IMG/VR virus record: IMGVR_UViG_2974782369_000001
Coordinates: 64,001 to 128,000 of that record
Length of the DNA stretch: 64,000 bases
From: a virus
Taxonomy: Duplodnaviria; Caudoviricetes
Strand: one strand, 5' to 3'
The first letter of the stretch is position 1. Every line of letters begins with the position of its first letter. This document shows, piece by piece, positions 17,191 to 26,197 of the stretch. A program made the translations under genes and the position numbers. The notes below the pieces were generated by a model. The model searched no databases and was not told the origin of the DNA. It saw only the letters and a list, made by a program, of their open reading frames with translations.

Positions 17191-17802
17191 TCAGGTGCCG
17201 AATGTCAGAGTTGCTGCGCCATCAGAGATGACTTCTTCCGTGCCACCCGCAGAGGTGACCTTGACGCGATACTTGTAACCATCCAGGCTACCATCTGCAA
17301 GACCGCTGTATGCGAGAGTTGCAGTTGTGAAGTCTGCATAGGTGATACCGCTGTCAAGCGATGCACTGATGTTGGTCCAGCGAGTGCCGCTTGCAGTCTT
17401 ACGCTGCCAGACATAGGACAGAGCACCAGGAGTGCCTGTAGTAGTGGTGGTAAGAGTGAAGGTGCCAGCGCCAGATGCCGATGTGCTGTTTGCAGGTTGT
17501 ACCGAGATCGTTACTGCCGATGCTACGTCTGCAACGATGGTGTCATCAGACTGAGTTTCTGTGCCATCAGGGTTGGAGATGAATGCGAGCATCTCTGCCT
17601 TGTGGCGAGTGTTACCTGCTCCATCAGTGTATGTGCGATATGACCACCAACCAGGACCAGTGATACCACGAGATGCGTTTTCGGCAAGACTTGCTTCAGT
17701 CCCGTCAACGAAAACGATGGTTTCTGTGCCAGCGACAGCAGTGCGAAGTGCTTCGATTGCTTGTTTGTTGGCGGTTGCGTCAGTTCTTCCGTATAAAGAC
17801 AT
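17191..17802 (-). CDS. Virion structural protein with a C-terminal Ig-like domain
   Basis: ITGPGWW N-domain; ISVQP...YVWQ...DGYKYRV Ig-like signature; TATAAATA promoter upstream. Confidence 0.75.
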   Translation of the reverse strand: MSLYGRTDATANKQAIEALRTAVAGTETIVFVDGTEASLAENASRGITGPGWWSYRTYTDGAGNTRHKAEMLAFISNPDGTETQSDDTIVADVASAVTISVQPANSTSASGAGTFTLTTTTTGTPGALSYVWQRKTASGTRWTNISASLDSGITYADFTTATLAYSGLADGSLDGYKYRVKVTSAGGTEEVISDGAATLTFGT

Positions 17803-17830
17803 TGTGCTCCGAAAACGTTTTCCTAATATT

Positions 17831-17838
17831 TATTTATA
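17831..17838 (-). promoter_or_regulatory. T4 late promoter TATAAATA
   Basis: Perfect consensus. Confidence 0.8.
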
Positions 17839-17862
17839 AAAAAGGGGCTTTCGCCCCCTTTT
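17838..17862 (-). terminator. Terminator hairpin
   Basis: AAAAGGGGGC-gaaa-GCCCCTTTTTT. Confidence 0.7.
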
Positions 17863-17864
17863 GA

Positions 17865-18059
17865 TCAGCGTGCTTCAAGCGCCGCTTTAACTTTTTCAAA
17901 CAACTCGTCGTCTGCGGTTGTCTTAGTTAGTTTGACTGCTTTGCCAACGATTAGAAGGCAGAGGTCGATGAGTTTCTCACCTAATTCTGCATCATCAGGG
18001 ATCTTAGCAACTGCAGCATCGACTACTTTATATGCTAATGGAAGTAGAAATGATACCAT
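17865..18059 (-). CDS. Small hypothetical protein
   Basis: Start placed at MVSFLLP; ends TKTTADDELFEKVKAAL. Confidence 0.7.
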   Translation of the reverse strand: MVSFLLPLAYKVVDAAVAKIPDDAELGEKLIDLCLLIVGKAVKLTKTTADDELFEKVKAALEAR

Positions 18060-18094
18060 GATTGTTACCAAATAGGATTGTATCCTATATAGGC

Positions 18095-19393
18095 TCAATC
18101 TCTTGGCGAAGTGTGCTTTGCCATCGATTCAACTTCTTTCTTTTCTTTAGAAGTGTAACCATGCTTGACGACCCTAGAAACCTGACGACCAACTCTTCTG
18201 TTATGAGTTTCTGCAGGAGTCTCCTTAGCACCTTTCACCTTTTTCTCTTGACGAGAACCGCCAAAGTGTTTGGCATGTGTTTTGCCCTCAGGTGTTTTGC
18301 CGATATCAAGTTTCTTGCCAGTCTTCTTCTCGTAAGTATCGAGGACTTTCTGACGAGCACGTTTTGCAGCAAGAGTTGCAGCAGATTGCTTGGCACGAAT
18401 AGCAACACCTACACGGTGCTCATCTTTCTTGCCTTCTTTTGCAGCACGAGTTGCTTCATCAAGTTCAATCTCTTCAACATACTGAGAGCGATACTGCCCA
18501 CCAGTTGCCCTATGAGTATCAGCAAGTTCTGCTGCTCTTGCGTCAGCATACTTTTTGCTCTTTACAGGTTTGCCAATCTTCTTCTCCTTCTTTCCATCAG
18601 GAGAACCCATTACTTGAAAGGGCATTTCGTCAAGTTGCTCACCTTCGGGTTCAAAAGAATTCTTGAGAGCAGTCCTAGCAGCACCCTTGAAGTGATCTTT
18701 TCTCACACCCACTTTCTCAGCTTGTCTTGCGACACTAGCAGGAACACCGCCAGGAGAATTGGAAAGTCTAGCAATGTTACTAGCAATCTCCTCTCTACCT
18801 TTTCTGATGTTCTTTACATTTGCTGCACGTCTCTTGGCAGTTTCCTTTGGATTTCCAAGGTATCTGTCCTTCATGCGATCCATGCGGACAGACCTTTCTT
18901 GAATGAAATCGCCAAATGTCAAGAGAGTTTCGGTTTCTGCGATGCTTTGATTGCTTTCTTCTGAAACTTCTTCTTGACTGACATAGGCTACGTCCTCTGT
19001 TTTAGTAGTTTTCTTGGTTTTCTTTTTGGCAGGTTTACCAGACTGACCACGAGTCCTTTCGGCTTCATCATGATCAAAGTCAGGATCTTCCATAGGGTCA
19101 TAATAACCTTCTTCCATACCCTTTGCTTTACGCTTTGCTGCTGCCTTTGCCTTAAGGCGTTCGGCAGCGGCATCACGCTCACTCTTAGGGATAGCGGTAA
19201 CAGCACCGAGTCTTTCAGCAGGTTTGCCAGGGACTGCTGACTCATCCATCTCCTTATCATGACAGGAGCACTTACACTCCTTGTCACAAGTATCCTCACA
19301 TTTAGAGCAACCCTTCTTCTCCTTCAACTGATCCAGTTTAGGATTGATAGTTACTTTTGTTTTTTTCTCGGATAATTCTCTGAAACTTAACAT
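18095..19393 (-). CDS. Basic low-complexity protein, putative internal head polyprotein
   Basis: MLSFRELSE N-terminus; repeated (L/I/M/V)xE sites separating Lys/Arg-rich blocks. Confidence 0.7.
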   Translation of the reverse strand: MLSFRELSEKKTKVTINPKLDQLKEKKGCSKCEDTCDKECKCSCHDKEMDESAVPGKPAERLGAVTAIPKSERDAAAERLKAKAAAKRKAKGMEEGYYDPMEDPDFDHDEAERTRGQSGKPAKKKTKKTTKTEDVAYVSQEEVSEESNQSIAETETLLTFGDFIQERSVRMDRMKDRYLGNPKETAKRRAANVKNIRKGREEIASNIARLSNSPGGVPASVARQAEKVGVRKDHFKGAARTALKNSFEPEGEQLDEMPFQVMGSPDGKKEKKIGKPVKSKKYADARAAELADTHRATGGQYRSQYVEEIELDEATRAAKEGKKDEHRVGVAIRAKQSAATLAAKRARQKVLDTYEKKTGKKLDIGKTPEGKTHAKHFGGSRQEKKVKGAKETPAETHNRRVGRQVSRVVKHGYTSKEKKEVESMAKHTSPRD

Positions 19394-19401
19394 GTTGCTC
19401 C

Positions 19402-19611
19402 TTATTTCAAGTTGTTTGGTATAATTCTGTCATCCATCCACTTGTCCCCAGTCCTTAAAGGTTCTCCAGGTCGGGGTGCAGGAGCACCCTGACACAGAGC
19501 ATTGTTATATCTCATAACCAACATTAATTCTTGCTGAGTCATTTCACCTGGGGCATATGCTAACTTCTCACGAAGATAGCACATTTGATGATATTGTTTC
19601 TTGTCCAGCAT
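19402..19611 (-). CDS. Hypothetical protein
   Basis: 69-aa ORF filling the gap between large genes. Confidence 0.6.
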   Translation of the reverse strand: MLDKKQYHQMCYLREKLAYAPGEMTQQELMLVMRYNNALCQGAPAPRPGEPLRTGDKWMDDRIIPNNLK

Positions 19612-19614
19612 AAA

Positions 19615-21324
19615 TCACTTACCCTTTTTCTTATCTGCCTCTTGCTTCTTGAGCATTGCCTTACGGTATAGAAGGTCAGCACGAGTGCCACTATCCATTC
19701 TACCCTGAGACTTGGGCTTGGTCTTGCCACCTACATCAGATTGCATACCAGGGTTTGCTGCCTTGACTCTGCGACCGTGAGTGAATTCAGCACCCGATTG
19801 CTTGGAGTCACCAGAGACCATCTTACCGCCATCTGAGCGGGAGTCAGCATACTCTTTGTCAGACTGACCGTGCTTGCCCTTGTAACGCTCTTCAATGACA
19901 TTCTCAATCTCTTCCATAGTGAAGAGACCAGACTCATAGAGATGAGCAATGTGCTCATAGTCTTCACCAAGACGACGAGCAAGTTTGTCACTACCCTTAG
20001 AGATAAGACGAGAGGTCTTACCAACTGCTTTCTTAAGACCTTTCTTGACAAGTCTGCCAACAGATCTTAGAGCACCACCAGCAGCTCTACGGGTTTCACC
20101 AGATTTGCTGGAAGACCCACCACCAGAACTAGACCCATGGCTATTAACGTTAACAGTAACCCCGCCACCACCAGAGGAAGAAGTGCTGCTAGAAGATTTG
20201 CCTCTGGTATCTGCTAGTAGTTTATCGAGTTTGCCACCCGTGCCGTCATCATCGTCAGACTTTTCTTTTGCGGGAGTCTTCTGCATCGAAGCACGCTTTG
20301 CTTTGATTCTTGCTGCTTCTTTCTCACCCTGATAGGTGCCTGCAACTTTACCAGCAGTAGAAACAGCAGCCTTACCTGCCAGTTTAGCACCTGCCTTAAC
20401 AGCGCCACCAACTTTCTTAGCAGCACTCTTTGCAGCAGACTTCATACGCTGTAGTCTAGAAGGTCTAGCAGGAGCACTAGACTTTTCAGCAGCAGACTTC
20501 ATTGCAGCACCAGTTGCAAGTCTATCCTTTGCCTGATCTCTACGACGTTGGATCTCTTTGGGATCCATTCTTTCAGAAATAACTTCTACTTCGTCAAGTG
20601 CTTCGCAGATTTCAAGTAGATCTTGCTCATCTTCAGCAACTTCCAGAATGATTTCTTCCATGAAGTCGATGAGCTCCTCATCGGTCATGACATCAATCTC
20701 TTCACCGAGCATTGCCAACTCTTGCCACTCTGCATCAGAGAATGCAAATGCTTCTTGCTTTTTCTTCTCTTTCTCAATACGAGCAGACATCCTACGAATC
20801 TGGTCGATACTCATGTTACCAATACCAGTGAAACCTGCCTTGGAAGGATCGGTTTGCTTTTTGCTGTCATCCTTATAACCACCCGCAGCACGAGCAGCAG
20901 CACGATTCTCACCTAACACTTCAGCATTCTTGTCGTAGTTATCGAAGTGCTCATGCTTCTCGGAAATCAGAATCTCAAGATCTTCGACAGGGACATTCTC
21001 GTAGATATACTTGCCGTTAGTGATATCGTAGTGAGTTACGGTGCCATCCTCAAGCATCGTGTGCATTTCGGGGATGACATCAAACTCTTCCTTAACGCTA
21101 CCATCGGGAGCATACTTGACAAGTTTTGCACAGTCATGACCTTTGGGTTTCTTCTTACCACCCTCTTCGTCTTGACCAAGAGCACCAGTAACAATGTCTG
21201 CCTGGGTTACTCTGTCATAAGGCACGGCATTATTAGCAAGATTGCCGTCTCCTTTTTTCTTTGCTTCGTACATCTGCACCTGTCTCAGTGCATCTGTCAT
21301 GTCTGGAAGATCTCTAAGATTCAT
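19615..21324 (-). CDS. Modular low-complexity protein, putative internal head polyprotein
   Basis: Alternating acidic and Lys/Ala/Gly/Ser-rich blocks with ISE/LGE/IEE junctions. Confidence 0.7.
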   Translation of the reverse strand: MNLRDLPDMTDALRQVQMYEAKKKGDGNLANNAVPYDRVTQADIVTGALGQDEEGGKKKPKGHDCAKLVKYAPDGSVKEEFDVIPEMHTMLEDGTVTHYDITNGKYIYENVPVEDLEILISEKHEHFDNYDKNAEVLGENRAAARAAGGYKDDSKKQTDPSKAGFTGIGNMSIDQIRRMSARIEKEKKKQEAFAFSDAEWQELAMLGEEIDVMTDEELIDFMEEIILEVAEDEQDLLEICEALDEVEVISERMDPKEIQRRRDQAKDRLATGAAMKSAAEKSSAPARPSRLQRMKSAAKSAAKKVGGAVKAGAKLAGKAAVSTAGKVAGTYQGEKEAARIKAKRASMQKTPAKEKSDDDDGTGGKLDKLLADTRGKSSSSTSSSGGGGVTVNVNSHGSSSGGGSSSKSGETRRAAGGALRSVGRLVKKGLKKAVGKTSRLISKGSDKLARRLGEDYEHIAHLYESGLFTMEEIENVIEERYKGKHGQSDKEYADSRSDGGKMVSGDSKQSGAEFTHGRRVKAANPGMQSDVGGKTKPKSQGRMDSGTRADLLYRKAMLKKQEADKKKGK

Positions 21325-21328
21325 TTTA

Positions 21329-22477
21329 CTAAGCGTCCTTGTCCTTTTTATTTATCTTGCGAATGAATTCACCAGGGGTGAGTTTTCTCATATAGTTAGC
21401 AAGTTTATCTGTACCCATCTCACCAGCAGGTGTGAAGTCAAACAATTTGATATCGATTCTCTCAACCAAATCCTTCAACCATGCTCTATAAACATTGTCA
21501 TTCTCATCAATGTAAATAAGATGATTGCTGCCTCTGCTAACAATCTTTCCAATAACACCAGTGTTTACATTCTCAACAAAGGTGCCAACCTTAAACATGT
21601 CACCGTTGATGTATGCTTCACGCAAACCTCTGGGATCTAGTTTAGGTGCAATCTCGTGCAGAGAGAAAGATGCATCACAGAAATCTTCAACTGATTCAAG
21701 TTGCATGGAGTTTCTAACTGCCTTATACAATTGCTCCTTTTCCTTCACACTCATCGAAGAAGGAATACCTGACTTGAAAGTATTGAAATCATCTTCTGCT
21801 GCTGCCTGTCTCATCTTAGATGCAGACATACCTTCAACGCCATCAGCATCGGGGTCACGATCACCAGCAGAAACAACTAGAATATTCTCAAACTCATAGA
21901 GATCACCGTTGTATTTCTGTGCAAGAGAATTGAATTCAGAAACTCTATCTCCACCAACGACGATCTTTACCTCAGAGAATCCTTCATCAGAGAGCGTCGT
22001 TAGCACATCAAAGATGGTGCGAAGCTCAGAAGATGTAGAAATTGCATTGGCATAATCGGGATATGCCATCTTCATAAACTTAATCTTCTCATTAGGACTG
22101 AGAGGATTCTTCTTAGGATCTTGAGTTTGACTAGGATAGATTCTAAATGCTCCACCCTTCGCTTCCATCTCTACTTTTCTAAGGAGTTTTTCATGCCCAA
22201 CAGTAGGGGGATTGAATCTTCCAAATGTAATAGCAATTGAGCCTTGATCTTGCGCTGGAGATGCCTCTCCAGTATCATCTTGAGATACATTTTGAGTTGC
22301 TGATACTTGCTCGTCAGGAGTTAATTTTACCAGTTTACCCTGGCGTGACATATGCGTCACCTTGCCTCTTGGATCGGCATACTTGCCATATCCAATGTGC
22401 TTAAGTCCTAATGCACTTGCTGATTTTGCTGCTAGAGATTGTTCTGCTTCGGATAGGAAAGCACTAAACTTCTTCAT
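21329..22477 (-). CDS. Cytidylyltransferase-family nucleotidyltransferase
   Basis: FGRFNPPTVGH, KNPL, VVGGDR, MSASKMR motifs; N-terminus MKKFSAFLSEA. Confidence 0.88.
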   Translation of the reverse strand: MKKFSAFLSEAEQSLAAKSASALGLKHIGYGKYADPRGKVTHMSRQGKLVKLTPDEQVSATQNVSQDDTGEASPAQDQGSIAITFGRFNPPTVGHEKLLRKVEMEAKGGAFRIYPSQTQDPKKNPLSPNEKIKFMKMAYPDYANAISTSSELRTIFDVLTTLSDEGFSEVKIVVGGDRVSEFNSLAQKYNGDLYEFENILVVSAGDRDPDADGVEGMSASKMRQAAAEDDFNTFKSGIPSSMSVKEKEQLYKAVRNSMQLESVEDFCDASFSLHEIAPKLDPRGLREAYINGDMFKVGTFVENVNTGVIGKIVSRGSNHLIYIDENDNVYRAWLKDLVERIDIKLFDFTPAGEMGTDKLANYMRKLTPGEFIRKINKKDKDA

Positions 22478-23393
22478 TCGTCCAATTTTTATCTAGATTA
22501 AAGTTTGCTTTACTAAAGGTTAGGCGGTCTACAATTTTATAGGGATTGTTAGATACAATCACAAATCCTTCATGGCGAGTCGGTTGACCTTCGATGAAGC
22601 ATTTAACATTACTATTATCTTCAATAGCATCAAGCAGACGCATTTTCAGTTGGTATATCAAAGACCACACTTTGAATGTGTTGAGATTGACATCCTTCTT
22701 ATATTTATCAGGTAGCGCAACATACATTGCGGAGACCGCTGGAAGACTACCTGCACGAATAAAATTGTTGATGTGCTTACAGATTTCTACGCGGACTTTT
22801 GCATTTGGGATCTTAGTAAAGGGGAGCAATGCCACAACCTTTGCAAGAATATCTATACCAGCAAAAGGACACTTATGCATATGAGCAGTCATGGTATTGA
22901 CCATGTAGCAAGTGTCAGAAGAATCGATGGTCAGACCAACACGACCCTTAGCATCAGGAGCAACACGCTCATAGAAAGTATGCGGTGCTAGAATAATTTG
23001 CTGAGTAATCGGGTGAGCAAACTCATACTCCAGAGTATTAGGAGAAAAAACATTACCCCCACCGACACCGATCCAATCAGCTTGGACAATACCACGGATG
23101 CGAGGAGCATAGCGATAAACCAACCGCAGAATATCAGCAACATTACCTTTGTGATTCTTAGCAATGTCCTCATAGGAATAGTTGATTAGGACTTTCTTTT
23201 TATTAAAGACCGACTTAGTGCCCACAAAGAAGCGACCGTTATCAGGATTGGTGCCAAAAACAACAGCAGGTGCGCCATCATACTTGACGCTGATATTGCT
23301 GGTCATGGTCAATGCCTGCTTGATAGCATATAATGCGGTGCGACGACCATAGAAAATGGAGTCTTCTATATGCTCTAGGTGCTTATTGGGCAT
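22464..23393 (-). CDS. DUF6267-like protein with ATP-dependent ligase-type motifs
   Basis: KHLEH, SVKYDG (KxDG), FVGTKSVFN, HEGFV, KIVDR. Confidence 0.7.
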   Translation of the reverse strand: MPNKHLEHIEDSIFYGRRTALYAIKQALTMTSNISVKYDGAPAVVFGTNPDNGRFFVGTKSVFNKKKVLINYSYEDIAKNHKGNVADILRLVYRYAPRIRGIVQADWIGVGGGNVFSPNTLEYEFAHPITQQIILAPHTFYERVAPDAKGRVGLTIDSSDTCYMVNTMTAHMHKCPFAGIDILAKVVALLPFTKIPNAKVRVEICKHINNFIRAGSLPAVSAMYVALPDKYKKDVNLNTFKVWSLIYQLKMRLLDAIEDNSNVKCFIEGQPTRHEGFVIVSNNPYKIVDRLTFSKANFNLDKNWTNEEV

Positions 23394-23418
23394 GAAGGGG
23401 CGTTTTCTTGACCCTTAT

Positions 23419-23463
23419 ATAATAGCATGAAAAAACCCCCATGGTGGGGGTCTTGTGCCAGTT
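23419..23463 (-). promoter_or_regulatory. Early promoter (AACTGGCAC element plus TATTAT) overlapping a terminator hairpin
   Basis: Element 39 nt upstream of the -10 box; ACCCCC-accat-GGGGGT plus U-run lies between them. Confidence 0.6.
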
Positions 23464-23475
23464 TTTATATAGTCC

Positions 23476-25224
23476 CTAGTAGACCTTCACATAGACACTA
23501 GCATTCATTTTTGTTTTACGAGTGGGGGCAAAACCACCTGCTTCTATCAATGCACGCTCTTCACTATTAAGTCCTGTGCCAAAAGCAACAGATGCACATG
23601 CTTCATATAGATTGGTAATAAGTCTCAGCTGCACTTGCTTTTGTTTAATCCCTGCTATAGAAAGACCAAACTCACCTGCCATTGCTTTACTTGCTAGTTT
23701 AGTAGCATTATTCAATTCAGTAATCTTACTAAAGTCTGGTGCGTTATCCTTAGTAATTTCTTTCCAAATTTCACCAACATATTGTTGAAGACGAGCATAT
23801 TGTGCATCATCAAGTTTGTCTAAGTTTGCGTTAAACCAAGGATTAGTTTTAACTCCAATGTCACTATAGTCTTCTTGAATTTGATTTAGTCTGTTCACAC
23901 CTTGCTTTGCAGTGCCATCGATGATGCTTGTAAAATTTCCATATCCTAGAGATCCCATTTTTGCTCTTACGCCAGAGGGTTTCTTTGTTTGCTCAAACTC
24001 CAATTCAATTTTTTTATTATTAACATGATACTTGATACGAACATGCTTCTCCGTACCAGCTTTGACCCGTCCATTTGCAATAGCACCTCTTCTCCTTGCT
24101 GCAAGCATTCCCCTTAAACCTCTGGTCGAAGGAATTTGTATTGTCTGTAATGTAAAATTAATTTTAACATCTCTGTTTTCGGCAGTCATTTCAACCGTAG
24201 GATTATTAGTTAATCCCAATACAACTCTTTCAAAATATTCATCACTATTCACTACGACAACATGTGGTTTCTTAGATGGTTTCTTCAAAGAAATTGGAAT
24301 GATATCCCTAGATCTAAACTTCTCCATCAAGAAGTTATTGCATACATTGATGGCTGGGGTATTTTTTCTTGCCTTGATCACCCTATTAAAATGCACCTGA
24401 TCTATAAGACCTTTCTTAGTCATTACCCAAATGTCTGCGGGATTCCACTTATCTGTTCCAGGAAGACCTAGTTCTTTCTTCACGCGAAGATATGGTGTAT
24501 ATGGATTTCCACTAAAAGTGGTAGCATCAAAGATCTTATCATTGAAGATTTTATGCACGTCTCTCAGATCGAATTTAGTTTTAACTTCCAGCATTGCCAA
24601 CCCTTGAGTATCAATCCAATACTCATTCGTTGCAATTGGTTGTGATCCAAACCTAGCAAGTCTATTTCTAAAATTTGCAGTATTTAAATTAAATCCTCCA
24701 GGTGTGACCATCAATGGTTTACACTTGGAGAATACATCCGATTTAAATTCTACATTTGTGCCATCAATATTCAGCGAATTTTGCATCGTTGCTGCCTCAC
24801 CAAATACAATAGCATATGCCAGACAGTATTGTGCTAATACTTCCGAGTATATTTCAGTATCTCTGCCACCAATTTTATCACCACTATTGGCTTTCATTGG
24901 TTTCACATTGTCTTTCCAAAGATCAGTAACCTTTACTGATCCACCACCCTGCGTTGGTAACGTGTAGGGTCCCAATCCTCTAGGTGTGCCAGACTGCAAA
25001 TATCTTCTCACTTGAGCAACAGTCACCTGCTGCTTCATCTTCTGCACCATTCTCTTGGTGTTTGCTTTGTTGTTAGATGCAATAATAACTTCACCGTTTT
25101 GACCTTGAGTGCCAAGTTTAAATGATTCTCCTTTATCAACCATTTCAATAAATGGCCACCAGTATTTTAGAAGCCCTGTTTTACTATCAACTTTAGATAA
25201 ATCAACCTTGCTTAACTTTGCCAT
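23476..25224 (-). CDS. Large hypothetical protein with a PD-(D/E)xK-like nuclease motif
   Basis: DKWNPADIW ... IIPISLKK. Confidence 0.6.
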   Translation of the reverse strand: MAKLSKVDLSKVDSKTGLLKYWWPFIEMVDKGESFKLGTQGQNGEVIIASNNKANTKRMVQKMKQQVTVAQVRRYLQSGTPRGLGPYTLPTQGGGSVKVTDLWKDNVKPMKANSGDKIGGRDTEIYSEVLAQYCLAYAIVFGEAATMQNSLNIDGTNVEFKSDVFSKCKPLMVTPGGFNLNTANFRNRLARFGSQPIATNEYWIDTQGLAMLEVKTKFDLRDVHKIFNDKIFDATTFSGNPYTPYLRVKKELGLPGTDKWNPADIWVMTKKGLIDQVHFNRVIKARKNTPAINVCNNFLMEKFRSRDIIPISLKKPSKKPHVVVVNSDEYFERVVLGLTNNPTVEMTAENRDVKINFTLQTIQIPSTRGLRGMLAARRRGAIANGRVKAGTEKHVRIKYHVNNKKIELEFEQTKKPSGVRAKMGSLGYGNFTSIIDGTAKQGVNRLNQIQEDYSDIGVKTNPWFNANLDKLDDAQYARLQQYVGEIWKEITKDNAPDFSKITELNNATKLASKAMAGEFGLSIAGIKQKQVQLRLITNLYEACASVAFGTGLNSEERALIEAGGFAPTRKTKMNASVYVKVY

Positions 25225-25431
25225 CTACTCTATGGGATCGTCAAGACTATTTAGATAATCTTTCTCATTCTGGTAGACTTTTTTCTGTCCTGACCATATC
25301 TGATACCCTTCAACAACATCAGGGATTAACCATTGGTCCACCCTATAGCAATACTTCCAGTTGACAGGTTGAATACAATTCATCACGACAACTTGGAAGA
25401 ATGCTACTAGGTGGATCCAGAAACTATACAT
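25225..25431 (-). CDS. Hypothetical protein
   Basis: 68-aa ORF abutting the next start. Confidence 0.65.
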   Translation of the reverse strand: MYSFWIHLVAFFQVVVMNCIQPVNWKYCYRVDQWLIPDVVEGYQIWSGQKKVYQNEKDYLNSLDDPIE

Positions 25432-25552
25432 CTACAGAAACAAATTCAACAACATATCTTGTCGTGCGCTCCCCGTATGAGTTGACGGTTTCGACTCGAT
25501 ACCATCGTCCATCATTCAGTTTCGCTAGGTTGTCCAATTGCATCTTGGACAT
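25424..25552 (-). CDS. Hypothetical 42-aa protein (MSKMQLDNLAKLNDGRWYRVET...)
   Basis: Manual translation; fills the gap. Confidence 0.45.
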   Translation of the reverse strand: MSKMQLDNLAKLNDGRWYRVETVNSYGERTTRYVVEFVSVDV

Positions 25553-25799
25553 GATGTCCTTTTCGTTCTGGGTCATCGTTTACTGAGGGGGCGAAGGGTG
25601 AGCGAGTGTTGTTTTTAATTACAATGAAAGCATCTTTGTTGTATTTACGAGTGCCAATAGGTGACTGCCACTTCTCATTATAGACTTCACCAACATCGAT
25701 ACCAGAGACTTGAGTGCCTCCGATATCAATTGCAATGTCGTCAGAGGGATCCCAACCCAGTGCTTCAAATGCTTCGATAAACTGAGGGATGATATTCAC
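25512..25799 (-). CDS. Cyanophage hypothetical protein
   Basis: IGGTQVSGI...KW...GTRKYNKDAFIVIKN. Confidence 0.75.
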   Translation of the reverse strand: MNIIPQFIEAFEALGWDPSDDIAIDIGGTQVSGIDVGEVYNEKWQSPIGTRKYNKDAFIVIKNNTRSPFAPSVNDDPERKGHHVQDAIGQPSETE

Positions 25800-26197
25800 A
25801 GATCACCTGCCTTCCGATTCTCGGAATAGTGGACATCAAACTCACCACCAGGATAACGAGACTTGAGTTTGTCAACATTCATCTCGATGATTTCTTCAGG
25901 AGAAACATCCAATGCCATACATGCCTGCATGAAATACCACATAATGTCACCCATCTCACGCTTCAAGTGAAACAGATTCTCTTCGGTCGGCTCCTTACCT
26001 TGGAAAATAATCTTCTTCACAACCTCAGTGAATTCACCCGACTCGGCACAGAGACCTACAGCAGCAGTAAGCAGTCGCTCGGAAGGAAAGTTTTTTTCTT
26101 TAAGATACGCAAGACGCTCAAAGAATACACTATTTTCTTTACTCTCGAAGGACGTGACCTCGTTGACGAATTGTGCATATTTAATAAAGTCAATCAT
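25796..26197 (-). CDS. mazG: MazG-like nucleotide pyrophosphohydrolase
   Basis: GLCAESGEFTEVVKK, REMGDIMWY, KLKSRYP. Confidence 0.92.
   Translation of the reverse strand: MIDFIKYAQFVNEVTSFESKENSVFFERLAYLKEKNFPSERLLTAAVGLCAESGEFTEVVKKIIFQGKEPTEENLFHLKREMGDIMWYFMQACMALDVSPEEIIEMNVDKLKSRYPGGEFDVHYSENRKAGDL

Noticed and set aside
20095-20200. Gly/Ser-rich repetitive DNA
   Set aside because: A low-complexity protein linker within the 569-aa ORF, not a DNA-level repeat element.
21329-22477. Cytidylyltransferase as the CCA-adding enzyme for the CCA-less phage tRNAs
   Set aside because: Its motifs are HxGH/Rossmann-type, not the Pol-beta-type fold of CCA-adding enzymes.
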